Under the pieces are notes generated by a model that did not search any database, was not told where the DNA came from, and saw only the letters and a list, made by a program, of their open reading frames with translations. A stretch of DNA of 64,000 bases from positions 1 to 64,000 of the forward strand of contig QPMI01000525.1 of assembly GCA_004431415.1 (NCBI GenBank). Direction: 5' to 3'. The translations under genes were made by a program, and so were the position numbers. The stretch's first letter is position 1, and every line of letters begins with the position of its first letter. Shown here in pieces: positions 61,101-64,000 of this stretch. This DNA comes from Cyanophora paradoxa CCMP329. Lineage: Eukaryota; Plantae; Glaucophyta.

Positions 61101-64000
61101 CCCGCACGCATGACCGAAGGATCGCGGCGACGGCGGCGTCGGGGTGCAGAACGAGTACCTGACAACATCGCGATCGAAGATTAATATTATTGTAACTGCG
61201 ACGTATGTCCACGTTGGCGGAAGGATCTCTAGATCTGCAGACACAGCCAGTGGTGATCTAGTGGTAAACGGACCGTCGGCGTCTGGGAGACAGCGGGGAG
61301 AGCTCCCGCCGGGATGCGACCGGTACCGGCCCGGCCGCCTATGCACGTGGAGAGCGGCCCGAGCGAAGGGATCTCTTCCAGCCTCGCGAGCGCTTGCTCG
61401 GGCTCGGGCTCGGCCTGGATCAGTGCTATGGTGAGCACTCAAGCGGCAGAGGCGCCCGCGAGCGCGAGACGCGGGGGGCCGTAATTGTGAATGTCGACGT
61501 CGACGGAAACCTCAAGCGTGAGGCTAGCCTATACCTAGATCGTCCACTAGTGTTTTGAATTGCGCGAAATCTATAAGTAGATATTTAGATTCCTCGTTCG
61601 CATAATATTCTCACGCGACTACCGTTAGTACTCACTTGCTCGCCCCAGGCTGGCTGTGCTTGCGGAGATCCAGAGTCCGATTCCAGCTGCGGAAGGGATA
61701 CCTAGACACATGTACAGTGACGTCGACACATTGGCAATCAATACATGAAAAATGCTGGAAACGTTGTCACAAGCCGAACGCGCCTCGAAGAAAAAGGTGC
61801 TGCCATGGCCCGGGCTCGAAATCACGTCGATCACACCGTCCATCTGTTCGACGAGCCTCTTCGACACGGCGAGTCCCTGGGATCGAATCCCGCGTATTAG
61901 TATTCGAAGAGAGAATCGGCGCCAAGAAATAAAGAAGAGAATAAATAAAGACAGAAGCGAGCACCATCCCCGTTCCTCCGAAGAGGCGAGTGATGCTCTG
62001 GTCAGCCTGCCTTACGTCTTCATGATTAGAAAGGCCTGCAAGGCCACATGCAAAAAGGGAAGTGCGCCTGGACGTAATCCTAGGCCTGCAAGCTTTAGAG
62101 AACATGCGACATTTAATTATAAACGTGCCTGGTTTAAACAAGTCTTGAAGGACATGCGAAATTTAAAAGGAAGCTTTAAAGAACATGCGAAATTCAAAAG
62201 GAAGTGCGCCTGGACGTAATCCTTGAAGATGCGGTGCTGTCCCTCCCTGTCGCGAGGTAGCTTTTGTTAGATTCCGAACAAGCAGCTTCAGCTTGCGATT
62301 TGATCTCACTTCGCGATTCCCAGGCCGGTGTCCGTCACTGAAACGCGGAAGTTGACCTGAACAAGGCGGCACTGAATAGGTTTAAGGCTACGCATAGTGG
62401 AGCGCAATCGCACCCGTCCTTGCCCAACGGACAGAATGGAGACAGAGACAATGACGTGCCCCCGGTGCGTAAACTGCGAGTTCAAAACGAGGAAATATAC
62501 GCGATGCCTGGGAATGCCCCATGGACTTCAAATTTAAGCGAGAAATTAAAGCGATCTGACCTTCACTCCGTTGAAAGTCAGGTTCGTCACTATCTGCTTT
62601 AGTCTGCGCGCGCGCGCGCGCGTGCGCGTGCGCCCCGCCCACTCAAACGGTCGCCTGATCTAGAGACGTAGACCTAGGCCTAGACCTCCAGCTGTACGCG
62701 ATCGGCATCGGCGTCGCTCGCCTGCACGGGTCGCCGACGAGCTGAAGGGGCCCGGGGGCGCAGGCCTCGCGCTGCACGGCGGGCTCCGGATCGTCCTCGC
62801 GCCAGTTCCAGCGCGGCGGGGCGTACACCGCCAGCTCGACGCCCTTCGAGAACGCCGCGGGCGCCACGGCCTGCATTAATATTCACGGAATTAATTGAAG
62901 CTTAAGTTCAAGCAGAACAAAGTTAAGTTCAAGCAGAACAAAAGCTGAGATTGATGATGAGTTATGTATGTATGAAGACTGTGATTCGAATTCGATCCGA
63001 TTAAAAGCGCGAGGTCATATGATCACCTCCACGACCTCTTCGACCACGCATCGAAGATCGAACGGGATAGACTCCAGATCCAGCTTCCCCGCCTGCCGCA
63101 TATATACATAAGTGAAGCTCGTAACTTTGACGTCACATTAAAAATATTAAGATCGCGTCGAACGCAGTAGGTAACTAGGGGCCCGGCCGCGTTTGGCGCG
63201 CCGGGGGTGCAAGGGGGGAATCGGGATCTAATGAAAGAGGCCCGGTCGGCGTGCTCGGCCGGCACACGCGGTTCTGCAATATAAGCTCGATATAAGCTCG
63301 ATATAAGCGCAGCAAGAGAGTACGGTCTAGATCTGGCCGGCCGGGCGTGCTCGGCTGCGATCAGCTGCAGCGGCGCAGGCAGCAACGCAAGCAGTTTCTA
63401 GGCGGAAATCTAGAGGAGACGTTGACAGGTAGAGAGAAGTGGTTCCATGCAGAACCGCGCAACGAAGAGCAAGGCGTACGCGACGCACTGCGTGGAAGCC
63501 GAAATCTAGAGGAGACAGCTAGGGAGAACTGGTTCCATGCAGAACCGCGCAAGGAATTCGAAGACCGGAGTTAGAGAGAAGTTAGTTTTCCCCTCGAAAA
63601 CCACTTTTTCCCCTCGAATTCGACGCTCGAAAGTCGAGAGCTGACCGGTCCACCGAGCCAATCGGAAGGCGAATAACCAACATTTTCGTTGCAGACTGGC
63701 CCTCGAAAACGGCCTCATAGAAAAATTTTGGCTGAAGCGAGGGAACGGGAAGCAAGGGGGCCCCCTTCCCCCCTTGCAATTATATAATCGCACCTCCATC
63801 TTGTGAAGCTGCGAAAGGTGACGTTTACAAGATTGGTTACAGTAAAATAGGTAGACGCGACTAGAAGGCCACAAAGACATCTAGATTTGATTTCCATTCT
63901 TCGCACGTCGAGCAGGTCGTTCACAATGACGAGCATCTGTGAACGATATAAACAGCTTAAGCACACAGGAGGTCACTAAAAGCCTATGCGCTCTTGTAGA
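58124..64000 (-). CDS. Hybrid histidine kinase (end of HisKA - HATPase_c - pseudo-receiver - receiver); 5' end outside window
   Basis: MLVIVNDLLDVRRME|AGKLDLESIPFDL; GDPCR|LKQIVTNLTFNGVK|FTHRG (N box); VTDTGLGI (G1); IFKDYVQ|ADQSITRLFGGTG..GLAVSKRLVEQMDG..GHGSTFFF (F/G2); receiver VVDDVDMN...LILMDLE|MPVLGGIDATREIR...|TANA...GMNGVLLK|PL. Confidence 0.92.
63405..63552. repeat. Intronic ~50-bp direct repeat pair (aaatctagaggagac...tggttccatgcagaaccgcgcaa)
   Basis: Copies at ~63406-63462 and ~63502-63552. Confidence 0.75.

Noticed and set aside
62460-62845. Apparent repeated peptide ELAVYAP in two ORFs of the kinase region
   Set aside because: One instance is out of frame across an intron acceptor (the real exon reads FTHRGHV); coincidental.

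Overview
GC-rich eukaryotic genomic DNA with many short spliceosomal introns, so the ORF track is mostly uninformative and genes were reassembled exon by exon by eye. Composition and gene families resemble an alga or protist, possibly the glaucophyte Cyanophora, but this is inference only. The main result is an innate-immunity-like locus at 1-27.2 kb. An NLR-like gene (MGNSCG lipidation motif - degenerate TIR - NACHT with a non-canonical P-loop - pentapeptide repeat - 14 WD40; + strand, 19244-~27210) sits head-to-head, 870 bp apart, with a coiled-coil - TIR (catalytic-position Glu retained) - double right-handed beta-helix gene (- strand, 18373-8932). An inverted duplication of at least 7.8 kb made a second NLR copy (5889 to <1) and a TIR-less 5' fragment of the partner. 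The two NLR copies are identical in the pentapeptide region but diverge sharply in WD40 blades. Downstream are an AT-richer MITE/satellite block (27.5-35.2 kb), a TRAF-type RING gene, an F-box gene, a GBP-like GTPase lacking the arginine finger, an FxPxIN-repeat gene, a PPR-like gene, a gene with three divergent AP2-like repeats, and the 3' part of a hybrid histidine kinase.
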